A stretch of 63,617 bases of DNA, counting the filler, from Octopus bimaculoides (taxonomy: Eukaryota): NCBI RefSeq assembly GCF_001194135.2. It is 7 parts of 7 records of this genome, joined end to end, with 100 filler letters (N's around TTAATTAATTAA, not from the genome) between each part and the next. Parts side by side here need not be neighbours in the genome. Positions count along the whole stretch, not along the records: positions 17,709 to 44,432 come from NC_068987.1; 6 more parts are not named here. One strand, 5' to 3'. Of this stretch, positions 24,245 to 35,478 are shown one piece after another. The notes beneath the pieces were generated by a model. That model was not told the DNA's origin. It saw only the letters and a program-made list of their open reading frames with translations, and did not search any database. Numbering within the stretch: the first letter of the stretch is position 1; each line of letters opens with the position of its first letter. Position numbers and translations under genes: made by a program.

Positions 24245-24716
24245 GTTGTTGTTGTTGTTATTGTTGTTGTTGCTGTTGTTATTGTTGTTGTTGTTGTTGT
24301 TATTTACTTCTAATCTGCATGTTTCTTACAATCACTTGCCGAGATACACCCAGCGTCCTATGGCGAGTGAAGGATTAGAGATGTTACAGTATGACTGAAA
24401 GCTTGAGGAGTGGAAGTGGCAGGGGCAGTAGCAAATATCATCATGTAATATAACACAGACATTTAAATTGATAGGGATTTTCTAAGGATATAAACAGTAC
24501 ATGGTTCTCCCGGGATATTATCTAGACGTTTCTGCCATCCCTTTTTTATCATGCCAAGGGCACTTACAATAACAGGAACATTTCTCGCTTTAAGAAACCA
24601 CATCTTAGTATTTTGATTTCGAGGTCCTTATAATCTTTTAATTTGTCAAATTCCATTACATATATATTTTTATCAGTAGAAACACTTACATCTGTTAGTC
24701 TACAAGTATTATTATT
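24178..24716 (-). mobile_element. R4/Dong RLE LINE 3' fragment with 3' UTR and (AAC)/(AAT)n tail
   Basis: NNNTCRLTDVSVSTDKNIYVMEFDKLKDYKDLEIKI...VSALGMIKKG...YILRKSLSI*, then UTR to 24303 and tail 24178-24302. Confidence 0.8.
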
Positions 24717-24719
24717 ACC

Positions 24720-24782
24720 GAGTGAGAGAGCAGTACATGCCATCAAAGTAACACGGATAGAATATAAGAAACCCAGTATATC

Positions 24783-24843
<61 letters not shown>

Positions 24844-25330
24844 GAGTGAGAGAGCAATGCATACCATCAAAGTAACACTGGGGTAAAATGTGCGAAGCCC
24901 ATTAAACCCATCATGACTACTCGTCTGATAAGGGTACACCAGGCACATTCATCACAGCCATATGTGCGCGACATGGTGATCTCATATCAAGATAAACAGC
25001 GCATGACCTCGCAGGTGGAACCCAGTTAAAATTTCCTTCAGGTCGAGTAGCCCATCCCACTCAAACGGTCTCTGAATAAGGTTTGTTTAAGGATGTTGAG
25101 CAAAACACCGATGTTTCCAAAGGTGAATTATTCAAACCCCAAAGAATTCCTCTCAACACATGGCTATGATGCTCAACTGGTTAAGGTCAAACAACTGACA
25201 AGCAAATCTGTGGTATTGAGAAGAATATTTGCTGCAGCCCATCTTTTTATACCAAGACAAAACTATGTACATGATAACACTTCCAATCAATGAAGATCAG
25301 AAGCCATGAGAGCCACTGCCTGGTACTGCA
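24720..25330 (-). mobile_element. Non-coding (TAA)n-embedded element: 487-bp copy (24844-25330) plus 65-bp 3'-end copy (24720-24785)
   Basis: GAGTGAGAGAGCA.T.CAT.CCATCAAAGTAACAC is repeated at 24720 and 24845. Long TAA tracts at 24784-24843 and 25331-25407. Confidence 0.7.
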
Positions 25331-25408
<78 letters not shown>

Positions 25409-26040
25409 CAATTTGCCTTGTTTATAATTTGTGTTTTCATTGCTGATAGCAGTGTGAGATTCGGTATAAGGAATTATTTTTATTTGTTGTTTCTAATGTC
25501 TTGCAGATATTCTAAATGATATTTGCAGTGCCTAGTAATGCTATATTCTGTACATTGTACATATTTTTAAATCCTTGTTTGTACTTATGCACTTGTTTGC
25601 ACTCTCAAGTTACCTGTTATTATACAGATTGTTTATTTTTTTTCCCTTTCGAAATTTATATTATTTTCCCTTTCCTATCTTTAAATTTCGATAATTTCTT
25701 TTTGTTTCAGCAATACATTATCTGGGGTTCATGTGTCAATTAGGAGACATTTTTTCTTTCGATGGTGCTTGATTACTACATTTTGTTGATTAGTTTTCAG
25801 CACCCACGTCTCTGTGTATTGACATACTGCAGAGTGTGATCGCTGTGTCATTTCCTCATACACAACTCCTTATCTGCTGGCATTTTGTAACGCTGAGATA
25901 AATTCCATTTTTGTTTATAAGTACCTTCTCACTAATATATCTGCAGATGTGTTTTTTCATAGTTGTTTCTTCCTCATGGCTATATGTTCTTTTATTATAG
26001 TGTGCCTGTTCCATGACCTGCTTTTCGCAGTTGGAAAGTT
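25331..26040 (-). mobile_element. R4/Dong RLE LINE 3' fragment with (TAA)n tail
   Basis: Frameshifted VVIKHHRKKKCLLIDT*TPDNVLLKQKE ... NMYNVQNIALLGTANII*, then UTR to 25408 and TAA tail. Confidence 0.7.
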
Positions 26041-27127
26041 TTTTTATTCTGTATACCAATAAATATATTACGCAAATAGTCAGAAGGCGCCGGCGTGGGT
26101 CTGTGATAAGAAGCTGCCTTCCCGACTACAAGGTTCTGGGTTTAGTCTCCCTGCATGGCACCTTGACCAAGTGTCTTCTACGATAGCCACGACCGACTAA
26201 AGCCTTGTGAGTGGATTTGGTAGACGGAAACTGAAAGCAGCATGTCGTGTTTATATATATATATATNNNNNNNNNNNNNNNNNNNNNNNNNNNNNNNNNN
26301 NNNNNNNNNNNNNNNNNNNNNNNNNNNNNNNNNNNNNNNNNNNNNNNNNNNNNNNNNNNNNNNNNNNNNNNNNNNNNNNNNNNNNNNNNNNNNNNNNNNN
26401 NNNNNNNNNNNNNNNNNNNNNNNNNNNNNNNNNNNNNNNNNNNNNNNNNNNNNNNNNNNNNNNNNNNNNNNNNNNNNNNNNNNNNNNNNNNNNNNNNNNN
26501 NNNNNNNNNNNNNNNNNNNNNNNNNNNNNNNNNNNNNNNNNNNNNNNNNNNNNNNNNNNNNNNNNNNNNNNNNNNNNNNNNNNNNNNNNNNNNNNNNNNN
26601 NNNNNNNNNNNNNNNNNNNNNNNNNNNNNNNNNNNNNNNNNNNNNNNNNNNNNNNNNNNNNNNNNNNNNNNNNNNNNNNNNNNNNNNNNNNNNNNNNNNN
26701 NNNNNNNNNNNNNNNNNNNNNNNNNNNNNNNNNNNNNNNNNNNNNNNNNNNNNNNNNNNNNNNNNNNNNNNNNNNNNNNNNNNNNNNNNNNNNNNNNNNN
26801 NNNNNNNNNNNNNNNNNNNNNNNNNNNNNNNNNNNNNNNNNNNNNNNNNNNNNNNNNNNNNNNNNNNNNNNNNNNNNNNNNNNNNNNNNNNNNNNNNNNN
26901 NNNNNNNNNNNNNNNNNNNNNNNNNNNNNNNNNNNNNNNNNNNNNNNNNNNNNNNNNNNNNNNNNNNNNNNNNNNNNNNNNNNNNNNNNNNNNNNNNNNN
27001 NNNNNNNNNNNNNNNNNNNNNNNNNNNNNNNNNNNNNNNNNNNNNNNNNNNNNNNNNNNNNNNNNNNNNNNNNNNNNNNNNNNNNNNNNNNNNNNNNNNN
27101 NNNNNNNNNNNNNNNNNNNNNNNNNNN

Positions 27128-27253
27128 ATAAATAGCGTGATCAAGATAAATTATCCATATAATGCAGAAAAATACGTTGTCGGCTAGCCATGGCTGGCCG
27201 GTAACGTATTTTTCTGCATTATATGGATAATTTATCCTGATCTCGCTATTTAT
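27128..27253. repeat. Spacerless palindrome, 2 x 63 bp
   Basis: 27128-27190 is the reverse complement of 27191-27253 with 5 mismatches; centre CCATGG; left end abuts an N gap. Confidence 0.9.
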
Positions 27254-27343
27254 AGCATCATCACGCTTTTGAGAAATAAATTTATTTCTGTATCTTATAT
27301 ATATATATATATGCGCGCGCTCGTGTGTGTTTGCGTGTGTGTG

Positions 27344-27382
<39 letters not shown>

Positions 27383-28560
27383 ATGTGTGTGTGTATTTAT
27401 GTGTGTATATGTCTGTTTGTCCCCACCACCATCACAAGCGATACTGGTGTGTTTATGTCCCTGTGACTTGGTAGTTCGGCAAAAGAAGCCAATACAATAA
27501 GTACTAGGCATACAAAGAATAATACTTGGGATTGATTTCTTCGACTAAGACCATTTAAGTCGGTGCTCCAGAATGGCCGCAATCAAGTGACGGAAACAGG
27601 TAAAGTAGTAAAAGAGATTATACGTTAAACAGTTGCATCTATAATATCTTTTCCTAATCATTTACATATTTTGTGCGTGTTCCACTACATACGGTTCATT
27701 AATTCCCAAGAAGTTGTATGCATGTTTTTGTTTAATTTTCTTATCTGAGTTTCTTTACATCATATTAATTTTTACAATTAACTTTCCAGTTTTTCTCATC
27801 AAAATTCCTGAAGATTTTCTCCGGGAGATGGATTTCTTCTTTCTAGTTGTTTATTATAAACAGTGACCAATTTGATGTAGTCTGTATACAAAATGTGGTT
27901 GGTTTTCCTCCTATATTATACTATCTGCATCCGTGGAAATTCAACAGTAAATACAAAATTTTCAAGATAGTTTTACGTTTATACAGTGTCATAAAAATTA
28001 GCGTTCCTTTAACTGTATATTGTACATTATCGTCTTAAAAAAAAAATTCATTTCTTCAGGACAGGGCTGTAACTCGGTACTTCATGGGTCATTCATAAAT
28101 CTAACAGCTTTAGAATGATTACAGAAAATATTCGTATCATCAGAGTTGTAACTTTCAACCATATGTTTATATTCCATTCGTATTTTACACTTTTTATCGT
28201 GCCCTCACTCGCATACATTTATTTTCGCATTTCATTACACTTCAACCAGTAAAATAAGTAGCACGTGGGATAATGGGCGACCTCTATGCGATCCTTCGAC
28301 TGTCTTGAAATGGTAAGTAAGCCTTCCTCAAATCAAAGAAAAGTACGGTTTAACCAGCTCTCGCTCGCAAGTTGGCATAACTCGAAAAATACATCGTGCA
28401 TTCGCAAATTATATTGGGTACATAAGCAGTAGCAAGAAGACATAGACACCCTGCTTGATTAAATGAAATAACTACGATGTGACACGAAGAGAGAAAAAAA
28501 GAGGGAGAAAAAGAGAGAGGAAGAGAGACAGAAAGACAGAGAGGGAGTGGGGAGAGACAG

Positions 28561-28600
<40 letters not shown>

Positions 28601-29704
28601 AATTCATCCAATACCATACTGATAATCATTACAGTTAAGTTGACTGGGGCAACGGGAAATGAAGTTTCTTGCTCAAAGCTACGATAAGCTACCCGTTCCG
28701 GGATTTGAACAGACAACATAATGATCATGAGCTGAATTCTTTAAACATTAGGTCATGCACCTTCACCAAATAACACGTTAGCTTCTGGGAAGAAAAGAAC
28801 AGAATTGGAATATTGGAAAGTTTTGTATTCAAAACCAATAAATAGACAGAATGGTTTCATTGGGAATGCCTTTTGTCATAGGCCAGATTAATGCAGTGAG
28901 AACTAAGTTAAACAAGATTATTAGTAAATAAATACCAGTAGTTTACTGAGCATGTTTCAAATGGCTATATGTATTTGTATATACAGATTTCAACAATGAA
29001 ATACCAACACAAATATTTGTATGCGAAACCAAGATTACAGTCCGCAGAAATCAATGCAACTGAAACGATGTGAAGTGGTAACCAACCTTTGGAATTTATT
29101 ATAAAAGCGTAAAGGTTGTAGAGGCGCTGAATTTTATGCAGTTAACTTATGCTAAGTTTGTCAATGAATCAATGATAATTATAGGTGGTTTTGCTGCCTA
29201 AAGATCCGGTAATTGACATGGATTAAAGGATATTCAAGGAATACTGTAATCATCGATGACCATTAAGTCGGCATTTTAGTAAAAGTCAAGTGGTCCTGGT
29301 AATTCTTGGGGCATGTCCGGCAGCTCAATTATATGCATTAATCAAATTGGTGCCACAGACTCGTTGTGTGAGTATCTATACATAAGTGTGTGCCTGTGCG
29401 TATGCGTGTTCCTGTATATAATATATATATGTGTGTGAGTGTCTGTGCGTGTGTATAATAGGTACACATGTATATATATGTGTGTGTGTGTATGTGTATG
29501 GGCGTATACATACATTATACACATACATATCCATTGATTCACTGTATTAAGAATAGAAATACAATTTGCTTGCATAGCAAGTATATCCGCGTGTTTGTAG
29601 TATTGATGTACGTAAAAGTTTGTAATTGGGCAAACATGATGAAACTGTACAATTGTAAGTTCTTGACATACTTGTTTACACTCTAATCTATGTTTTTATC
29701 CATA

Positions 29705-29739
<35 letters not shown>

Positions 29740-29811
29740 CAAAGAATATATATACATGTATACACACATATATGTACATACTTACATCTACATGTGTATA
29801 TACATGCATAT

Positions 29812-30065
29812 CAGGGTACAGGACGTTAGAACAATAAACTACAGACAACGGAACGAACACATAGGAAAACGGAAAGCCCCTTGGAATATCCCTTCATCAG
29901 CTGTCTCTATTCTATCTAGACGTTTCGAAGACCAGACAGGACGTACTCTAGAATAGTCTCTTCCTGAGTAGTGGATCAACCAACTACACAGAGGATTCCA
30001 AGGTGGCAAACACAAACCAAGACAGGAAAAAATGGACAGTGAAAACAACATTCAAAAGCCGTACG
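29812..30065 (-). mobile_element. Penelope-like pLTR/UTR repeat; related copy at 40636-40815 (+)
   Basis: Both copies carry GTCCTG..C.G.TCTTCGAAACG(T/C)C-~19 nt-CTGATGAAG and ...GTCCTGTACCC.GATATGCA. Confidence 0.5.
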
Positions 30066-30401
30066 NNNNNNNNNNNNNNNNNNNNNNNNNNNNNNNNNNN
30101 NNNNNNNNNNNNNNNNNNNNNNNNNNNNNNNNNNNNNNNNNNNNNTATATATACATGTATACGTGTGTATGTGGGTGGGTGCATCTATGTGCGTGGGTGT
30201 AGGTGTGTGTGCACGCGTGTGTATATGTGTGAGTGTATTGCTTTATTACATTTTGTTTAACTCCATCATAGATTTGAGAGCCTAAAGAGTGTTAAGTCTG
30301 CTATTCAAAATTGTGTAATATTTGAGTTTAGCTTAATATATGATTATTCAAAAATAAATGTTAAACAGTTATTAAACACCGGTTTATCTTGGCACTCAGC
30401 T

Positions 30402-30454
<53 letters not shown>

Positions 30455-30705
30455 GTATATATGTAGATGTATGGATATATATACGCGTATATAATGAAAA
30501 CCTGTTTTATACTCTATTTTACTAAAGTTTCTTCAAATTTCCTTTAATATGTCTTAAATTTAAGTTAGATTAGTAATCCTTTGAAGCCTTTAATATTTTC
30601 AAGACCTCAGATTCGTCATCTAAAAGAAATGATGATTGTTATCGTTTTTATTGTGTTTTATATTTTATAGAAAGCAGAAAGTGAACGCGTGACTGAAATG
30701 ATAAC

Positions 30706-30758
30706 AAACGAGAGCACTCAGTGAGCGCAAACCTCCTCCAAGGCAACACCAACGTCCT
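30706..30758 (+). mobile_element. HINE-like element, 5' part (continues at 32651-32755 after an insertion)
   Basis: GAGAGCACTCAGTGAGCGCAAACCTCCTCCAAGGCAACACCAACGTCCT matches 7202-7253; 32666-32750 matches 7254-7340. Confidence 0.85.
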
Positions 30759-32650
30759 GATTTCTTTTATTAGGCACAAAGCCTCTATAAAGATGGAACA
30801 ACACAAAAACAGACAAAAAAATACAATAGGGTACATAAAAACACATATCGTATGAAATTATGGATACAATGAAAAATGTGGATGGATGACTTACCTGCCT
30901 CCCATAAGCAGGCAGTTTCATTCTACTGTTTTTATATGACATTTTACTAACAGTTCAATATCTGTCTTGTATCTGTTGGTTTTCCCTTTAAAAAAAAAAA
31001 AAAATTACATGAAGTCATTAATTATTCAGTTCTTAACTTCTTCACTTACCCTCATTTACGCCAAATACCTACTTATATCTTCGAATGCCACCACCAGCGG
31101 CAATTCATCAAAACAAAACTGTACCGGTGTCGCATCTAACTTTTCACCAAACAATTCTTTTAACCGTACTCCTCTCTCTCTTTCCAACAGAACAGCTTTC
31201 AAACCTACATTGTTCTCGTTGGGTAACAATTTACCTCTGATTACGTTCTTCGTTTTCGCTATCTTTTTTCTATCTCTACACTTTTTGTGTATTGTATCAT
31301 ATTTCTTAAGTGTTTTCCTTTCGGTATCATTGTCAGTTTTTCTTCACCAATCTCTTCTACTGTTCTTGGCGTTTCTATCTCTGTATATTTCTCATTCTTT
31401 GTTGTTATCCTTTCTCTTTTATCTTCCTTTTCCTTCTGTACTTTCACCTCTTGTTAGCCATTAGTAACGGTTCCTGTTGACGCTCTTCGATTTTGTCACT
31501 TACTTTCGTTGGCCTTTCATTTTTTTCTCTGTTCGTTCGCTTTCCCTTGTTTCACACTTTGCGTCTCCTCTCTACTTCCCTTTCTTTTCTTCCTAAGACT
31601 TTTTGGTGGAGAGTCCGTGTTACTCTTTTTCCTCTTCATCACTGTATAGTGTTTTTCCATACTTTGCTCCTCTACGGTTGAAACTCCTTCTTCTTGTTGT
31701 TCTTTCCCTATCTCCTCCTCTTCGTGTTTCTGGGGACATTTAACTTTCCTGTGTCCCCGTACTCCACATTGAAAGCAAATAGATCTTCCTTCCACCACAA
31801 CTCCGCTTCGTCTCATCCGGCAACACCAATTCCTCAGCAATTTTTTTGAGGTCTGGTAAACTGATGTGAACCGACACCTCGATGTCGTAACCCCATTAGT
31901 TTACCTCCGTGGTTCTTGTGATTTTCAGTATTTTTGCCTCCTCTTCTCTATTTTAGAGGATGGCTACCACCAGTCACGCCTCGTCAATTTCTGGGGGCAC
32001 TTTACCAATCCTAACTCTGGTCACACGTCTGCCACAGTAGGTTGGTAGTAATACCAACTCAGTTGATCGCAAAGGCACAGTGGAGTGTTTTATCGCTTCT
32101 TGTTCACTCGCGAAGCGTACCTCCACTGTGCCATATTTCTTTCCGGTGGCGTAGGATGTCGTTAGACTTTTGATCTCTTTCAAGCATTCCTCGACTGCTG
32201 CCTCTACTGCAGCTATTTCCACTCTTTTTGTAGCAAGGATCAGCGTTCTGTCTATTACAGCCCTCTTTTCAGTTTTTTTCAGTAATTTCCTTAGGCGGCG
32301 TCAGCCTCCAGCTGTCTCCTTCTTTTCTTAACAATTCATTGTACTTATTGAAATTCGTGTCGTTCAATCGAATTTCTCTCAGTTGCAGGACATTTGCGGT
32401 TAGACCTTTCCTAGTTACTGCAGTGTAGCTACCTGCTGGAATTGGTTGACTTTCCATACTGTCGTTTTTCACAACTTCACCCATGAATGGAAAATAAAAA
32501 TAAAAATTCAGGCAACAAGTTTAACAATTCAGTAATATAACAATTAGGTGCGGCAGACCTTCAACAATTAAACAATAACAAGACTGCAATAACAAGACTC
32601 ACATGGAGCGAACACACATCAAATGCACCAGGGAATCAAATGACTCGACA
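30759..32650 (-). mobile_element. ORF1-only L1/Tx1-like non-LTR element (HAL1-like), 1892 bp, 15-bp TSD
   Basis: TSD CAACACCAACGTCCT at 30744-30758 and 32651-32665. 5' UTR starts TGTCGAGTCATTTG; 3' end ...CTAATAAAAGAAATC; single degraded ORF; no EN/RT motifs seen. Confidence 0.8.
31056..32484 (-). pseudogene. Degraded ORF1 protein (~475 aa; SYxAV motif, RRM-like region, CCHC zinc knuckle, charged tail)
   Basis: MGEVV..AGSYTAVTRK..KKYGTVEVRFASEQEAIKH..LLPTYCGRRVTRVRIGKVPPEI..VVVEGRSICFQCGVRGHRKVKCP..KTKNVIRGKLLPNE..FEDISRYLA*, reconstructed across several stops and frameshifts. Confidence 0.75.
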
Positions 32651-34300
32651 CAACACCAACGTCCTCTGAACGATTAGCCAGAGATGAGTTTTAAAATGAG
32701 AATATCTGAAATAAACTCGACTGATCTCACACACGAAAATACTAAAAGTGAACCATGGGTTGGCAGCCCTTGCGGAAAGGAAAATAGAACGCCCAAAGGG
32801 CTCCCGATCCTCTAAAAGGCAGCGTCTAATCCCGATTTAGTCCTGACCCCTCCGAGGTGTACTATCGGTCAAGGCTGTATCGAAAATATGCATTGGAGAA
32901 GGTTTTAAAATAATAATAATAATAATAATAATAATAACTATACAAGGCAGAGTACGAACAACTCGATGAAGAAATGGAAAATTATCTCGTTTACCCTTCC
33001 ATTTTCCCTGCAAGTCAGTAACCTCGCTAAATTATGTTTTAGGATTATTGACAGAAATTTCCCATTAGGCCATAAATATACCATCTGTAATAGATCCTGC
33101 CTTAAACTATCGTACTAACTACGCCCAAGCTAAGATCTATAATTGCGGCGAATAATAGATTAAAACTTAGAAATAATGGTATCGATGAAGATGATAGTAT
33201 AGCTGGTCTGAATATGAATAATAATAAGAATTTTGATATTAAATATATAAAGCCGAAGCGTGGAAAAGATGTAACTGTCGTAACCGGGATTTATGTTCCT
33301 TAAAGGGATTATGTTTAAGGAGAAATATCGTATATAAAGTTGAGGTTTCACCATAAAGAATTGAGTCTGGATTGGTCTATTAATACGGAAACCACACCAT
33401 ACAATACACACACCAGAAATTGTAAATTATACACAAAAAAGCGATTAATATTCTCCGTGCAGATGAAAAATTTTTACTTAATAAGATCTCGGATGTCATT
33501 ATTGTTTGTAGACAACTTTTAAATTTTATTCCAAAGATAATTAGTTTATATGATTTTAAACTATTTACTCTTTGTGCATTTGGATTCATCTTAAAATCTA
33601 TAGCTTCATAATCTAGTTAAACATGTAAATTTAGCTCTTATTATATCATCCGCCTGAACAGTATAGTATGTTCGACACAGCATTCGAATTTAAAAAATTC
33701 TTAAATTTCTCATGTTGCTTAGAACTTTAAGATTTAAATAACTCTTTTATAAATCCTTTCACATTAACTCTAATGAGAGAAATGTATATGATTGTTATGG
33801 TTGGAATTAACTCGCCCATACCAACCCATATTTTCTCGAAACGGCCGTCAAACTTTGTATCTTCTAAAGATTCTTCTTAAAATCATTTTATACCAACATT
33901 CTCATCTATTTAGATTACCGCTATATCTTCACCATGTACATATTTTAATATCCTCATTGATTTTAATACGGACATACAACCTCGCAAGTACATTTATGTA
34001 TTTATATATTTACATATTTTTATATTATATCATGTGTATATGAGTGCATCTATGTATGCTGTGAGGGTATTCCGATGCTTTGAAATATATAGTGAGTGAA
34101 TATGAACGCTGACCTTTGAAATTTGTTCTGTCTTTCTTGGCTTTATATATATATATATNNNNNNNNNNNNNNNNNNNNNNNNNNNNNNNNNNNNNNNNNN
34201 NNNNNNNNNNNNNNNNNNNNNNNNNNNNNNNNNNNNNNNNNNNNNNNNNNNNNNNNNNNNNNNNNNNNNNNNNATATATATTGTGTGTGTGTGTGTGTGT

Positions 34301-35478
34301 ATTATAGTGGGGTAGGCCGATTTACGGAGTTACCCCGGGTTTCTCGCTCATAGAGAGTTTAGCCTTATGGCGTATCTTCAGACCCCAAACACTGCTGGCC
34401 TGAGACCTATTTAAAATATGGATGGAGGGAAAAGCCTCGTTTTTATGGGTAAAAACCCTGGGTGATTATCTCCCTTGGCCATTGTTCATCGATCTTCGGC
34501 CGTGCTGCCATATTGCGCTCACTAAAGCATCACGAAGGTAAACGATTGTCTCTCTTCGGCCTTGGCTATTGGTCTCCCGATGTGGTGCTGCCCTGTGGAT
34601 TCCAAAAACCAGTAGGAATTTTCTAAAATGCAAGCATGGTCCGAAAATCTCCGTCCTGGAGTTCAGGATGTTCCCTTGCACGAGTGAGTCTTTAAGGATA
34701 CTCGTGTGTTCGGAAATGCATAACTTACACCGTTTCGTCCCATTGATGTAGGGGCCTGGGTTCTCGAGTATTTTCCATGCGATCGAGTATGGAATCTCTT
34801 CGTCTCTTAATTGCCAGATATGGCTGGCCCGTGATATCACGTATCCCCTTTCCGGGACTCTGAAGGGGAACAGATGATTGGAAATTCGCTGTTTGAGAGA
34901 TTTTGCAGTGCACCTCACGTACTTCTGTGAGCGCGTGATGTTGCGCATGTTGCTGTTGTAGGTGCTGCTGTTGTTGGTGCTGTTGCTGCTGCCGTTACCG
35001 CTGATGCCGCCGATGGAGTTGTCACTGCTGGGGTTGGGGCTGCTGCTGTTGGTGCTGGTGTGAGCGTCACTGGGGGTGATGTTGTTGCCGGTCATATTCT
35101 CGTCCCTGCGCGTGTTGCCTGTAGTGCAGTCGTTGTTGCTGCTGTTGCTGGCGTTGCTGTTGTTGCTGTTCTTGTTACAGCTGTTGTTGTTGTTGTTGTC
35201 GACAATGCTGCTGGCGCTGCCACCCACATAAATACGTAGGATGCATTGGGAACTCTCGCAAACAGCGTATTTCCAATCATCTGTGCTCCTTCAGAGTTCC
35301 GGAAAGGAGATACCTGACATCGGTGGCCAGCCTTAAAAACGAGGCTTTTCCCCACCTCCATATTTTAAAGAGGTCTCAGGCTAGTAGTGTTTGGGGTCGG
35401 AAGATATGCCGTATGTCTAAACCTTTTATGAGCGAGAAACCCAGAGTAACCCCATAAACCAGCCTACTCCACTATAAT
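34301..35478. mobile_element. Head-to-head inverted Penelope-like 3' ends (GIY-YIG endonuclease plus UTR)
   Basis: Outer arms 34301-34445 and 35334-35478; inner arms 34822-34927 and 35230-35332. Minus-strand KYVRCTAKSLKQRISNHLFPF..SHIWQLRDEEIPYSIAWKILENPGPY.NGTKRCKLCISEH..LNSRTE..PCLHFRKFLL is a Penelope-type GIY-YIG C-terminus. Confidence 0.85.
34321..34390 (-). ncRNA. Putative type I hammerhead ribozyme (second, core-mutated copy at 35389-35459 +)
   Basis: GTTTGGGGT-CTGAAGA-TACGC..GCGA-GAAAC-CCGGG-GTA-ACTCCGTAAAT. In the right copy stem I is GTTTGGGGT/ACCCCA(T)AAAC but the core is CGGAAGA. Confidence 0.5.

Noticed and set aside
25310-25330. CCTGGTACTGCA similarity to the U2 snRNA 3' stem
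   Set aside because: Only about 11 nt match and no other U2 sequence is present.
28262-28318. E-box followed by ATG|GTAAGT as a first exon
   Set aside because: A single donor site with no supporting downstream exon; expected by chance.
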